A stretch of DNA of 54,339 nucleotides, from contig RSEE01000125.1 of NCBI GenBank assembly GCA_003971905.1, positions 124,001 to 178,339 on the forward strand. The letters run 5' to 3'. Shown here in pieces: positions 1 through 11,509 of the stretch. Position 1 is the stretch's first letter. Each line of letters starts with the position of its first letter. This DNA comes from Moniliella sp. 'wahieum' (Eukaryota). The position numbers and the translations under genes were made by a program. The notes under the pieces were generated by a model. It made no database searches. It saw only the letters and a list, made by a program, of their open reading frames with translations, and was not told the DNA's origin.

Positions 1-3000
1 TCCCGCGGGGCGGTGGGCGGGGAGCAAGTCGGCTTCGGAGCGAGCGCGTAGGCGGCGCGGATGGACGCTCTGAACAAGGGTGAGAATGGTATTCTGTACC
101 ACCTTGAGCGCCTTGGCCGGGGGCAAGGGACCTTCCTCGGTCGCATGTGCCGGGACAAAGATCGCGGGCACGGCCAGGTCGGAAGAGGCAAAGAGCTGAG
201 CGATCCGTTGGGCACTAGCTTCTTGCGGTACCTCCTTGGCTGCAGGCGGCGACTCGGCCGACCCAATCCGTTCCATAACATGCGCCAGGTGCTCTTTCCA
301 CGTCTCGTGGTTCGCACGCGCCATGTTGTGAAACACTTGCAGATCTGCGCGTGCGCAAGGACAAAGGTCAGTAGTCTGGAGCAAGACGCGCGGTCCAAGC
401 CCCCGAGAGGAGGAGGAACCGAGAACCAAAACCAAAACCAAAAAGAAGACGTACCAGGAAACGCGCCTGCCAACGCTTCAAAGTGCGGCACGGCAAACAC
501 CTCCATAAAGTAAATCTGGCCGCGGGCCAGGGCAAACTCCTCGGGCAATTGACGGAGGGGAACCGAGTGGGCGGCGTACAAAGTGCCAGACATGTGGTGT
601 CCGCCGCCGCCACCGGCACGACACACGCTTGAGCGGCACTGCATCGTCGTAGCGAGCTTTCGGACGATGGACAGTCCGATTCGTCCCCTTCCACCTCGGC
701 GTCCGACTCGTCGGTTGAGCAAGAGGGACTGTCGACCTGCGCTGGCGCCGCACCCACCGTGACGGGCAACGCGCAGCCCTGCTCCAAATCACGTTGTCGT
801 GCCCACTCCCTCCGAAGCGCAACGGACCAGTGCCGGCCGATCGGAAGGCGGCGCAGCGGATTGCATATGTCACTCGACTTGAGCAAGGCGCAGCACAGAA
901 GCGTGACCTGGTCCGTGGTAAAGCACGCATCATGGCACCTGTCTCGTGGACCGAGGTGGTAGCCTCCGTCAGGTGCGGCGTCAAACTCTGCAGAGCAGAG
1001 AGGTAGTTAAAGTGCAAGGCCATGTCGGTGGAGAGGATGCACATGTGCATCAGTTCGCCCAGCCGCGTGCGCTTTTGCGCACGTCGGGGCGCACAGGGCA
1101 GAACCAAGTTGGCCAACACGTCGCTCGGCGGCGGAGGCTCGTCGTACGCGCACGCCTCAAAAATAAGAGTGTCGAGACCGTAGGCAGCATGCACTCCTCC
1201 AGCATCAGCGCGTGGTAGTTTTCCAACGGCGACTTGCCCTCGAACGCTTGGCTCAGGGGGGCCTTGCCGTTGACGAGGAATTTATTGGATAAGCCCATGT
1301 GGCCTGCATCGTGTCCAATCGCGGCAAAGAGAACCATCAGCACATCCGCTGGCTCCAGCGGGGAGCGGACAATGTGGGCAGCGGCCTGGGCCCACTGCCG
1401 GCCCATGTGGGGCACTCGCTCAATCAAGAACTGCGTGGGCGGTATGGCGCCAATCTGGACAAGAAAGTAGTAGGATGCCTGGAACACGTCAACAGCATGC
1501 ACAAAATTGTGGTAGGCCACCGCGGGGCGTAGAGGCGTCGGATCGAGTGCAAAAAGCCCGAGATGGAGGAAAGCGTGATGCCCAAGTGATCGCCCAAGGT
1601 CCGATAAGGTGGCAGGGGCGTGTCGAGGGGCGTATCGAGTCGCGGTTCCCTTCCACCGAGCGAGGCGAGATATCGTTCGGCTTCGGCTACGCTGGCAGGC
1701 ATGTAGAATGCCGTTTCAAACACCAGCTCGCACAGCATGGCCAATTCGTTCTCTTCCAACCCATGTGGCGCAAATTCCCAGGAATTGGTTAGCGCCGCCA
1801 TCTCGACCCGCGACCGAGGCATCCGCGTTCTCCGTGGCCGAGATCGGCTGCGATGCGTGCGGGGCCTAGGCCCCGTAGAATCATTACTAAATGCACGCGT
1901 CATCGCTCGTTCGGTGGGGCAGGTGAGGGTGGCGGTGGAGCTACGATGCGAGGGAGCCGAGGGAGCAGCATTAGGGATGATGGGGGGCTCCCCAACGGCA
2001 TCCAGTACCACTTCTTCTTCCTCGCCCGAAGGCGCGGCCGGCGCATCGGCCAGAGGCAATGTGTTGTGGGTAGGAGAAGGGCTGTAGGAAGCCGGCTTGG
2101 AAAAGGAGTAGGCCTCCAACCCTTTGCGCAGCTGTTCCATTGTCCCATCTGCCTCGGAGCCATGGGGGACACGTGCTGGGCCCAGCTGGGTCCCCGGTCG
2201 GAAGCGCCGCATCCGCCGTCGCTGGCCGCGGCAATTTCCTTCTTCTCCTTCTCAGCGGCGTGGAAGCAACAGGGCGTAAGCGATGCCCATCCGGCTCGGC
2301 GGGAATGCCACCTGGATCAGAAGGGGTAATGGACTGGGATGGCTCCTGGCTCGGTCCAGCTGCCAAGTCGGCCGTGCTGCCCTGCGCACCAAAGGAGAGC
2401 GGGTGGTTTCTGGCTCCGCCATACTCGTACTGGAACGCCGACAAGAGCTGGTTGATGGCAGTGGTGGCGATGGGTGCGGTGACCTGGCGCCGCCCCCGGC
2501 CTGAGGCCGGGCTGGTGGGCGTCTCGACGGCTTGAGGCGAGGTGCGGGGGGTAGTGGTGCGGCCTGCGGCCGGGACAAGAGGCGAGGCACTGGCGCGGCT
2601 GGTGGGGCGGGAGGGGATGGGGTGGGGCACTGCGTCGACTTCAACGGGCCAGGGGTGGGTGGAGACATGGCCACGAAAACTGCTTCCGCGCGAGCAGGCG
2701 GAAGGGGTGGAAGCAGAAGAGTGCAGCAGGCGCTCGTCCGAGCGAGGGTGACTGCGCAGCCTGGGCATGGGCATCGGGCTGGGGGGGTCGTCGCCAGCGG
2801 GGGAGAGACGGACGGTGCCGGCGGAGCCTACGCTGGCTGCACTGCCGCGCCGGTCGTCGAGATCGATGCCAAAGCCGAGCACGGCGGACGGGGGGCGCGT
2901 CGGGGTCGCCATGGGGGCGAGGCGGGTCTTGCGAGTCGGGGGCAGGGGGGCGGGAGCATGCTTCCATGGCCGAGGCAGCCAGCGGGAGGGGCGGAAGATG

Positions 3001-3412
3001 CGGGAGCGCAGGGGCGGGGCGCTGGGTGGCTGGGCCTGGGCCTGGGCCTGGGCCTGGGCGTGGGGCGGAGGCGGAGGCAGCGGCTGGGGCGGAGGGGAGC
3101 GGGAGCGGGAGCGGGAGGCGGAGAAGAAGGAGGGCTGGGAGGGCTTGTCGTCGCCGTGGCTGTCGCGGGTGGCGAGGCTGGTGGGAGCGCTCTCCTCGCT
3201 GGACCAAGAGCCGTGGTGCTCGGAGCCGTCGTGGCTGCTGGGGGCGGAGGAGGAGCGCGGGAGCGGGCATCGAGCAGGGCGGCGTCCCAGGCGGCGGCAG
3301 TGGCGGCGGCGGGGGGCGGGGGCTGGCGGTGGGGCTGGCGGCTGCGGTGGGTGCTGCGGCTGGTGCGGATGCTGGCGCGGGGGCTGGGCCTGGGCACGAC
3401 GGGCACCGACAT
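1..3412 (-). CDS. PDE2: Class I (HD-type) cAMP phosphodiesterase, high-affinity Pde2-like; long low-complexity N-terminus; 3' end outside window; several apparent frameshifts
   Basis: PDEase_I motifs occur in successive minus-strand frames: YHNFVHAVDVFQA, AAIGHDAGHMGLSN, SPLENYHA, ILSTDMALHF, LLKSSDICNP and GQIYF (invariant Gln). Intron 454..345 (GTACGT...TACTGAC...CAG). The start at ATG 3412 (MSVPVVPRPSP) is tentative. Confidence 0.9.
3031..3065 (+). repeat. (TGGGCC)n hexamer repeat within the PDE N-terminal coding region
   Basis: tgggcc x4 + tgggcg + tgggg. Encodes an AQ-like (or PG-like) dipeptide repeat on the minus strand and has G-quadruplex-like G tracts on the plus strand. Confidence 0.85.
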
Positions 3413-3599
3413 GGCGGGGCGGGGGAGGTGGTAGTCGGGGCGGAGGGGGGGCAGATGGACCGCACACGGCACGGCAAGCAGCACCCAAGGAAGCGAGAAG
3501 GCCAGCGTGCGGCTGCTTCGCTGTGCTGTGGGTGCGGTGGGTGCTGGGCCAGGTGACTTGGTGACGAGCCCTGGTGATGCGACGCTTCAACTGCACGCG

Positions 3600-3847
3600 T
3601 GACTAGTGAGCAATGGCCACTGACCGGTGACTGGGCCACCGCGCCTTGGCCGCAGCGACAGTGACATGTGACATGTGACGAGCGATGCATGATGCCGGCC
3701 ACACACCCGCAATGCATGACCAGAGCGGGCTGCGACCAACCACGCGTCGCCACCCCCTCGGCCTCACCCTTCGCCTTGCATGTTCAGCTGCCGCCTGCCC
3801 GCTGCCCGCTGCGCGTTGAACGTTGAACGTTGAACGTTGAACGTTGA
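3600..3847. repeat. Cluster of quasi-palindromic heptamer arrays upstream of PDE
   Basis: TGA-CTAG-TGA 3600-3609; TGA-CCGG-TGA 3621-3630; (TGACATG)2TGA 3662-3678; (TGAACGT)4TGA 3817-3847. Confidence 0.9.
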
Positions 3848-4829
3848 GAGCGGCGCCCCGCCCGGTCGGGTGTTGGGGCCAACCCCTCTCGCCCCGTGGC
3901 TGGCGCCAGGCACCCCCTCCACACTCGTCCCCTGCCCCGGCCCACCCACTGCCCCTGTGCCTGCCGCGACTCACACCGTTGGTCTGCCCGCTGCCTGCAG
4001 GCAGTGGATGGTGTGCTGGCTCTCCCCGCACACGCACTGGCCCTGTGCCCCGCCCTGGCCAACCTACCCCCCGTCCTCTGCCGTCCTGCCGCAGCCCTTT
4101 TTTCCCCTGGCCAGCCAGACTGGGGCCGCCCGGCGCAACCCCACTCGCCTCAAATTCAAATTTCAAGCCGCTGCGCTGGCCTGCTTGCACTAGTAACCGA
4201 TAACCCCGCCGACGCTGTGGCCAGCCCCGGCCAGGCTGGGCTGCCAGTTTTGTTTGGCCTCTTCTCCACCCCTCGGTTCAAACAGTTTTCTCAAATCTCT
4301 GTCTGTCTCCGCATCCAAGTTCAAACCCTGCCGCGGGCCTCGCCCCACCGCCTTGCAACACTCAGCCTGCGTACTCACCCGCTCCATCATCCGTACCGCA
4401 GTATAGATTCTTCAAGCTTCACATCTTCCAGCTCTCTGGCCATTCATGCGCACCATGCCCATCCCCTCGGTCTCGAGCTTCACATCGCCTGTGGCTGGCT
4501 TGTCCATCCCGCATCCATCCGACGGCCATGTCTGCCCACACCCCACCACGCCCCCACCCTTGGCCTTCGCTTACCATCGTCATGCATCATGCACCACTAG
4601 CATCGCTGGCCAGTGGCTAGTGGTCATCGGTCACCGGTCTCATAGTCCCAAGAAGATAGGTATCTGACACTGCCCCCCCCACACCCAGCCGAGGGGGGCA
4701 CACCAAGGCACACACGCCACACGGGTCGCACTGCCCCCCGCCCCATTCCCTGGTGCGGGCTTGAAGCTTGAGAGTTGGGATACATGGCACTCCGTACGTA
4801 CTCAGCACGATGCTAAAAGCGCGCCACAC

Positions 4830-5850
4830 GAGGTCACCAGTCACGTAGTCACTAGGTGCTAGTCACTAGTCACTCGTCACTACGTCACTCGTCCCATGGC
4901 GGCCCCGCAGCGCTCCAGCCTGCTTCAAGCTTCGGCGCTTACTAGTTGCTCTTCTGCCTGGCCCCTCGGACTCTGTGTTTGGGGCGCTCGCCACACGCGG
5001 CCACAGCTGCCGGGCGCTGCATGGGGACGCGGAAGCGTAGGGTTCCCGGTCACCCGGTTACCCCCTGCAGCACCTCCGGCCGCGTTTGGCAGCGGCAGTG
5101 GCTTGCCCGCACGCCCCTCCAGCACTCTCGGGGTCTTCCAGGGTCTCTGGCGCGCACGCGGGTGGCCAGCGTGGCTGGGCTGGTGGGTGCAGGCAGTGTG
5201 CCCCTGTGCGCCCCCTTGCGCCCAACGCATGTGATGCATGTGACATGTGGCCGGCGCATGGGATGCATGGGACGCATGATGCATGATGCATGATGTCCCC
5301 ACCACAGAATACCCGGCTCAGCGATACGTACATGCAGGGCTATGTCCCGCAGGCAAGTTTGAGGCGACGTCTCCACTCCTCTCGTTCCGTAGCCATCGCA
5401 TTTTGCCTTTTTTTTCTCGGAGCTGGCCAATCGGGTGTTTCTCGTTTCGCAAGAGACATGGGTTCACCTAAGTACGAACACGTAACGTTCAGGCGAACAC
5501 TGAGACGTTGAGAATTGAGAATGCCAAGTGAGATCTGAGAATTGAGAATTGAGAATTGGCAACTGAGAACCCCTCCCTCTCCACCGGCCACCGCACCCTC
5601 GCGTGCGAATGTGAGGGTGCTGCGAAGGTTAAGCCGATGCGGATGCAGGTTTTCTTCTCATCGATCTCACTTCTCTTCAAGCTCAAGTTCCAGCTGTCAG
5701 CGGGCTCAGCCTGCCTGAGCGCTGCTCAGGCTTAGCGCCGCTCATGCATGTCATGCATCATGTCATGTCAGGCCTGTCAGGCCTGAGCCTCAGGCCTCAC
5801 AGCTCGGGCCGGTCACCCCGGTCACCATGCATCATGCATCATGCATCATG
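4830..5850. repeat. Mosaic of heptamer arrays (TCACTAG, TGATGCA, TGAGAAT, TCAGGCC, TCATGCA)
   Basis: TCA-CTAG-TCA 4863-4872 within a degenerate GTCACT run; (TGATGCA)2TGA 5277-5293; TGAGAAT repeats about 5508-5557; (TCATGCA)2TCA 5832-5848. Confidence 0.85.
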
Positions 5851-6503
5851 GCTCTCTTCCAGATCATCCACAGTAATACGTCGCCGTTTTACGCTTCACT
5901 TATACTTCTCCACATCAGATGTATCCACCCACACACAAATGACTCTTCAAAGAGACGCGTGAGGCCTGAGGACGCGTTTGCTTTTTTACGGAATTACCAC
6001 ACACACCCTTTGAAGGAACCCTGCCTGTCCCGACCGGTTCTCTCGTGTCGAGACGTCGTATTTTCACACCATCAAAAGTCGCGCTATTCTATGGCCAGGA
6101 GGCAGGAGGTCGGAGCGTGGAGCCAAGCCTGGCCCTGCACCACCACATTGATCGAATTTCTTCAATTTTCTTCAACTCCCCTCATTGTGTAAAGGGCTGT
6201 TTTTGTTGGGGGCAGGGAAACCGACGCACGCTTCGGGCAGTTTTTAGTTGTTCGCCCCCATTTGCGTTGCAATAGCCGATTAATCCTGAGGCCTGAGGGG
6301 TGCTTTCTCTCTTCATCGTCACCTTGGACAGAGTGGAAATAGCCGGGGGCTCGCCCAACGGTGCGAACGAGATCAGGGCCGGGGAGACAATTGATAATCT
6401 TCCGGAGAATGAGGCCCACCGCATGTGTGATGGGGCCGGGGAAAAACGTGTATACATTACTGCCGCATACCGCAGCACTTTCGGGAATGGGTGTGGGAAC
6501 GGA

Positions 6504-6808
6504 TGGCGGGCACCAGCGGGTCCTAGTTTGCTGGTCATTGTCCTGGTTCCCTAAATGGGGTTGGCGTCAACGAGCAAAACACCCCCGAATGAGCAGGTCG
6601 GTTTCTATATAGGCGCAACATTTCTTCGTCCCAGTCGTAAGCTCTATCAATGATATGGTTGGCGGGCACCAGAGGGTACTGATCTCCTGGCGATTCCCCT
6701 GGTTCCTTAAGCGGGGTTGACGCTACCAAGCAGCGCACGCAAGATGAGCGGGTCGGTTTAGGCGTAGCTTTCCCTGTCCCACAGCCTTAAGCTCTGTCAA
6801 TGATATGG
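6504..6808. repeat. Diverged tandem duplication, two units of about 156 and 150 bp
   Basis: Shared anchors: TGGCGGGCACCAG at 6504 and 6660; CCTGGTTCCYTAA; ATGAGCRGGTCGGTTT; TAAGCTCTRTCAATGATATGG at 6638 and 6788. Confidence 0.85.
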
Positions 6809-8333
6809 ATGCAGAATAGAGATGAGGATCGATCGTAAACCTATAGTGTTTGTGAGAACAGGGGGGGCATGTGGTTGAACTGTGCTTTAATACGTTTTCA
6901 TTCTGAAAGGGGAGATGATATCTTGCCCGAAACGGCGGCTCTGCCAGAGAGGGATATATCATGACAAGAAATGGTTCAGCACTTTGCGACTGAAGCAACA
7001 TGCTGGGGGGGAGTCCGCATTGAGCAGAGCATGCCCACCACACCTCCACAATACCTCCCGTATAGTGACGAGTGTGCAACGGTGACCTATAATGCCCCAT
7101 CAGGCGATCGGCATCGTGGTGTATATCAAAAAAAGCTCGGTCAACCGTCGAACGTTGGTCAACGGCCTGTAGCAAGAAATGCGAAATCGGGTGTGGAGCT
7201 GGTTCAAAAAGAGCAGACGAATGAGGTTGAGGCGGAGGAAAATGAGGAGGAGGAGTACACGCCTTCGTCCCACAAATCAACCGGCTGGGCAAGTCTCTGT
7301 CATCAGCTTCTACCATACCGAAAAAAGCTCACGAGCTATTGTCAGGGTTTGGCGGATCTTGCGCTCATATCCAATTTCTTTGTTCCGAGGGTCTGGCTCT
7401 TTTCCTGTTCTTCCGCTTCGCACCATGTCCTCTGCTCTTGCTTCTTCCCCACGAGCGATTGCGACATTATTTGATCTAGTCTCGACTCTGGTCTCCACTT
7501 CCCTAGCCCCGACTGTGACAGTGGTGACCCATAATAAGAAAGACAGAAGGTCCCTTGTGTGAAATGAGGGAGGTCCCGCCAAAGTTCAACAGTGTACAGT
7601 CACATGTCATCCCCGGCGTGACGGCCTCCCCCAACATCTTCCTTTGAGTCTGGCAAGACATCCGTGAGAAGAGAAGAGGGGTGACACTTAAAGCAAAACA
7701 GAATCGTCATGTCCACCTCTCTGGCCTCATCTATTTTCCGTGCTGCTCGGTCCAGGATCACAATGATCGCAGGAACGGAAGACTAGGAAGATTGATCAAG
7801 TACAGTGGATCATGGTTTGTACACCTTTTTTGGTATAAATTCCTTCAGCACATCAGGGTTCATATGTGACTTCGTATGGCGAGTGAACATGGATAAGTTA
7901 CCTATCCGTGGACCATATATCTGGATCTGAGCAAGGCCAAAACGGTGGGCACCCATTCCCTCACTCTACTCCATGGGGCATCTAGGCCCTTGTAGTAGTG
8001 CGCACGCACGCCCCAGGAAGGGCTAAGGAAACGTTCTATGCCTAGGGCACGCAGGATACACCCATTTTTGTCTCACGCCATTTTCCATTATAGAAGAGAC
8101 TTGCTATACAAAGTCAAGATATCAGTATACTATTGCTGTTAGCCACCCTAATACAGGCCAAACGGCTTTCCATATTTTCTGCCGGAAACCATACGGAAGA
8201 GCAGAAGTGGAGCGTTAGCCAGCCGGAGAAGAGATATATAGGTGCTTCGGACCACCGAGATTGTAGTAGCGCCCACAGGCAGAAGTGTTAGGGTTCCATT
8301 CCATGGCACGCACCTGTGAAATATTTAACCCGT

Positions 8334-8347
8334 CCAATATCACGTGA
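8334..8347 (+). promoter_or_regulatory. CCAAT box abutting an ATCACGTGA E-box (bHLH/Cbf1-type) about 100 bp upstream of SmE
   Basis: CCAAT at 8334-8338 is followed directly by ATCACGTGA at 8339-8347. Motif match only. Confidence 0.3.
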
Positions 8348-8445
8348 ACCGTTACCTAATCGACAGAAATGCGTCGGGCTAATGCATCGCATCAGTTTTA
8401 GTCCCAACGCGACGCCGACGACACCCACCGACAACGAACACCGCC

Positions 8446-8756
8446 ATGTCCAGCAAACAGAAGGTGCTGGTGCAGCCCATCAACGTCATCTTCCGCCACC
8501 TGCAGGAGCAATCCCCCGTAAGGCTTTGGCTATACGACAACACCGCCTCCCGTATCGAGGGCAAAATTGCTGGGTTCGACGAGTTTATGAACGTGGTCCT
8601 CACCGACGCCTACGAAGTTCAAGTCAGTTCGGGCGAGCGTCAGCGTTTGGGTATGTTCTGTCTACTCTCCTTCGGGTTCGGATGCTGACACACAGAACAG
8701 GACGCATTCTTCTGAAAGGAAGCAACATTACCCTCATCCAACCTCTCAACGCATGA
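8446..8756 (+). CDS. SME1: Small nuclear ribonucleoprotein SmE
   Basis: VQPINVIFRHLQ...RIEGKIAGFDEFMNVVLTDAYEV...LGRILLKGSNITLIQ. Intron 8651..8700 (GTATGT...GCTGAC...AG) joins the exons in frame. Confidence 0.97.
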
Positions 8757-8964
8757 TGAGTCCCTGTCTTGTCCCCGCCGGTTTTGCAGCCCCGGCGAGG
8801 AGGTGAGCCGCTTGTCGTTCGCTCGAGACGAAGGATGGGGCGCTCAGTACTCCCTCTGGTGGCGGTATATTCTTCGCCCCCCCAAAAGACATATGTACTT
8901 GTAACTCTTCCGCCCCTCCTGCTTCTTCTGCCTGCTTTCTCGCTCTTCAAAGATAGTCGATCCA

Positions 8965-9633
8965 TTAGACGTCTGCCAGAGGCAGCGCGATACTGCCTGA
9001 ACGAGCCTGCTCGCCATATGCCAACAATCCTACATGAGGCATCACGTTCCACCGTAATACCAACGTTGTCTCGTTCACACCCCTGCATGTAGGTCAGCAT
9101 TGCAGTCGTACGCCACCCGAGAACCAAACAGCAGGATTGGAAAACGTACTTGAACGTGCGTCCTACCTCGCGCAACAGGTACTTGGCCTTGACGTGGTCC
9201 AGCACAAGATGCGCATCTTGACGGTCCTGCACAATGTGGTCCACAGCACTACTTCGTTCGACCTCCGCACCTGGCCAGGGGGAAGCGCCTTGACATCATT
9301 GGGCCTTGGCCGCAGCACACGCGTCTTTTTCTTGGGTGGCATCTCGTACACCGCACTCAGCGTGACAAACACTTGCTTCGTATTCCAGTTGAACAAGCCG
9401 CGCAAGTCGGCATCCAGCCCAAACTCGAGCGTTGCCACGTCTTGGAGCGGGCGGTGAGCATACCCATACCCCGGGCGCGCACGGAAGACTTGCAGGTCCC
9501 GCACCTCGACCGATCCGGGCAAGGGCGCGTAGCCAAATGGATAGGCCACCAGTGCGACAGCCCCCATCAAGAGAAAGAGCACGGTTGTTGCAAAGGAGGT
9601 GATGCTGTTGAAGCGCGATAATGTGCTGTGCAT
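8965..9633 (-). CDS. SPC3: Signal peptidase complex subunit SPC3 (SPC22/23)
   Basis: MHSTLSRFN, an N-terminal TM segment, DADLRGLFNWNTKQVFV, NEVVLW(D)HIV and LVLRWNVMPHVGLL. Intron 9149..9083; one apparent frameshift near 9241. Confidence 0.95.
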
Positions 9634-11509
9634 CCCCGCGATCATCCTCGTCGAAAGCGGTAGGCAGATGGGAGGCGTAGCGAGGTGGGGGACGACGGCC
9701 GACAGCCAGCCAGCATCTGGGCGGCTACGTGGCATAGTTTCAAAATTGCACGTCCCCCGTTGCATCGGACCTATTCGCAACTGCCCGCCATGCGCCCCTA
9801 CCACTGTTAGTACTTCCTCTCAACCCTCTGGGATGAGGAACTGAGTGCTCATAACGCGCACAGGCGTCAAGCGCTTGGTGACGAGGACACACACGACCTT
9901 CGTACTTTGTTGCAGTACGCGGCTGGTATGGCCTGCTCACATACCTCATGGCTCCTCGGCCTCTCCAGCCGCAAAAGAAATCCTGCTTTTACGTCGCGCC
10001 ATTGTCCCGCGCCTGGACACCCCAGGCGGCGTGGCGGGTAGGCTACGAGAGAAAGTAAGCCAGTGTAAGGCGTCGCGTACTTGTTACATAACATGGCAAC
10101 ACACTGGCTGCCAACCCGGCGACCAGTTGGGACAGCTGCATTGCCCTCACCTCCTTCCTCACACTTCCAAGCGTCCACCGGGCACACATTTGTCCTTCAT
10201 ACCGATGCTTGGCCAACGATGCATCCGTAGTCACGGGAGAGGAGCACATCCTTTGTCTCACGCTGGACCTCGACCGCTCGGTCAGAGGACACGACGCTGC
10301 CGCCGAACCTGTTGCCCGAAGGACCGAAGGGGGGAAAGGCGAAGCAGCCTGTGTTGCCAGCGGTCTGTGTGGATCCGTGACACGCATGGGTTGCGCTCAA
10401 AACCTGGGTGGGGATGTACGGCCGCAGATCGTACTAATCCGCCGTTTGAGGTGGAAGAGAGTCTACCGGGAGTGGTGAAGCCGGCCTCCGACCTACAATC
10501 GCACGCCGGGGGGTGGCCTTGGACCGGACACCTTTTTTGAAACGCGGTGTATCGTCGCAGGCCCCGCCACCGCCACTACCTTCTTGGCCAGCCCAGGCAA
10601 GATACTGACCATCCGAGGTGTGCTTTCGAACCACCCACCACCTCCATGGCCCCCTTGGCAACGACGGGAAACAAACTATCCATCACAGTCATCATGGCTT
10701 CTCCCGGGATACCCGGGATGTCCGGGATATGTTCGGCGAGACGAGAGACGGCCGTTGGCGGCGGATGGGTTGTGCTCTGAGGCATATAAGCCGACGGATG
10801 CAGCTCGGGGGCCGGTAAACAGCTAATGACTACCAAAACACCGCGTGGCCCTCTCTGGCGCCCACCCAAAGTGCACACGCTGTGTTTCCGCAAGTCCATG
10901 CAACCTGACGTGCTTGACGCCGCCTGGCGCTGACGCACCCGAGCGATGATCTAGGGTGGTCAAGCTCTTCTATCCGGTCTCGTATGCCCATCACGCACCA
11001 TCCCCCGAGAGGCAGAGGAGAAAGAGGGAAGACACCGGCCTCATCGGCCACATATACATCCCAGGGGCCGGGAGCGGAGATGATTGATTTGATCTGAGAT
11101 CTGAGAGGACAGTGAGGTTGATGAGGATCGCTGAGGCAGGTGGGGCCTGGTGGGACATGGTGGGACAGGTACGCGAGGTATGCGGCGGAGAGAGACTGCG
11201 ACGTGGGCAAGGCGGGGGGTCCCTATGAACTAGTAACTACTAGGCGTGATAACCGAGTGGGAACCGCTCCGGTGGCAGGCACGGGGGGACAGTGCGGCTA
11301 CTGTCGGCCGGCAAATTCGAGTGGTGTCCTGGCTGCTACTGGCTGAGCGCGTTTTGGGGGCGGCGGCAGCGTGGACGTGGGCGCTGCGGGCTGAGCTCCG
11401 GCAAAGGGCCATCTGCTTTGGTGCTTGCAGGCTGTACCATAAGTATCCTCCCTTTTCCCCTTCCCCCTTTCCCCCAGCACCCCCTCTCCCTCCTCATCTG
11501 CTGTCCGAC

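Noticed and set aside
1971..3753. Several long overlapping ORFs on both strands (also at 26944-28017, 29448-31148 and 46288-47335)
   Set aside because: These are expected shadows of very GC-rich low-complexity coding DNA with few stop codons, and they show no independent motifs.
9845..11210. Possible gene between SPC3 and the MDH paralog
   Set aside because: ORF fragments occur on both strands but none has a recognisable motif, convincing start or splice pattern. I cannot support a call.
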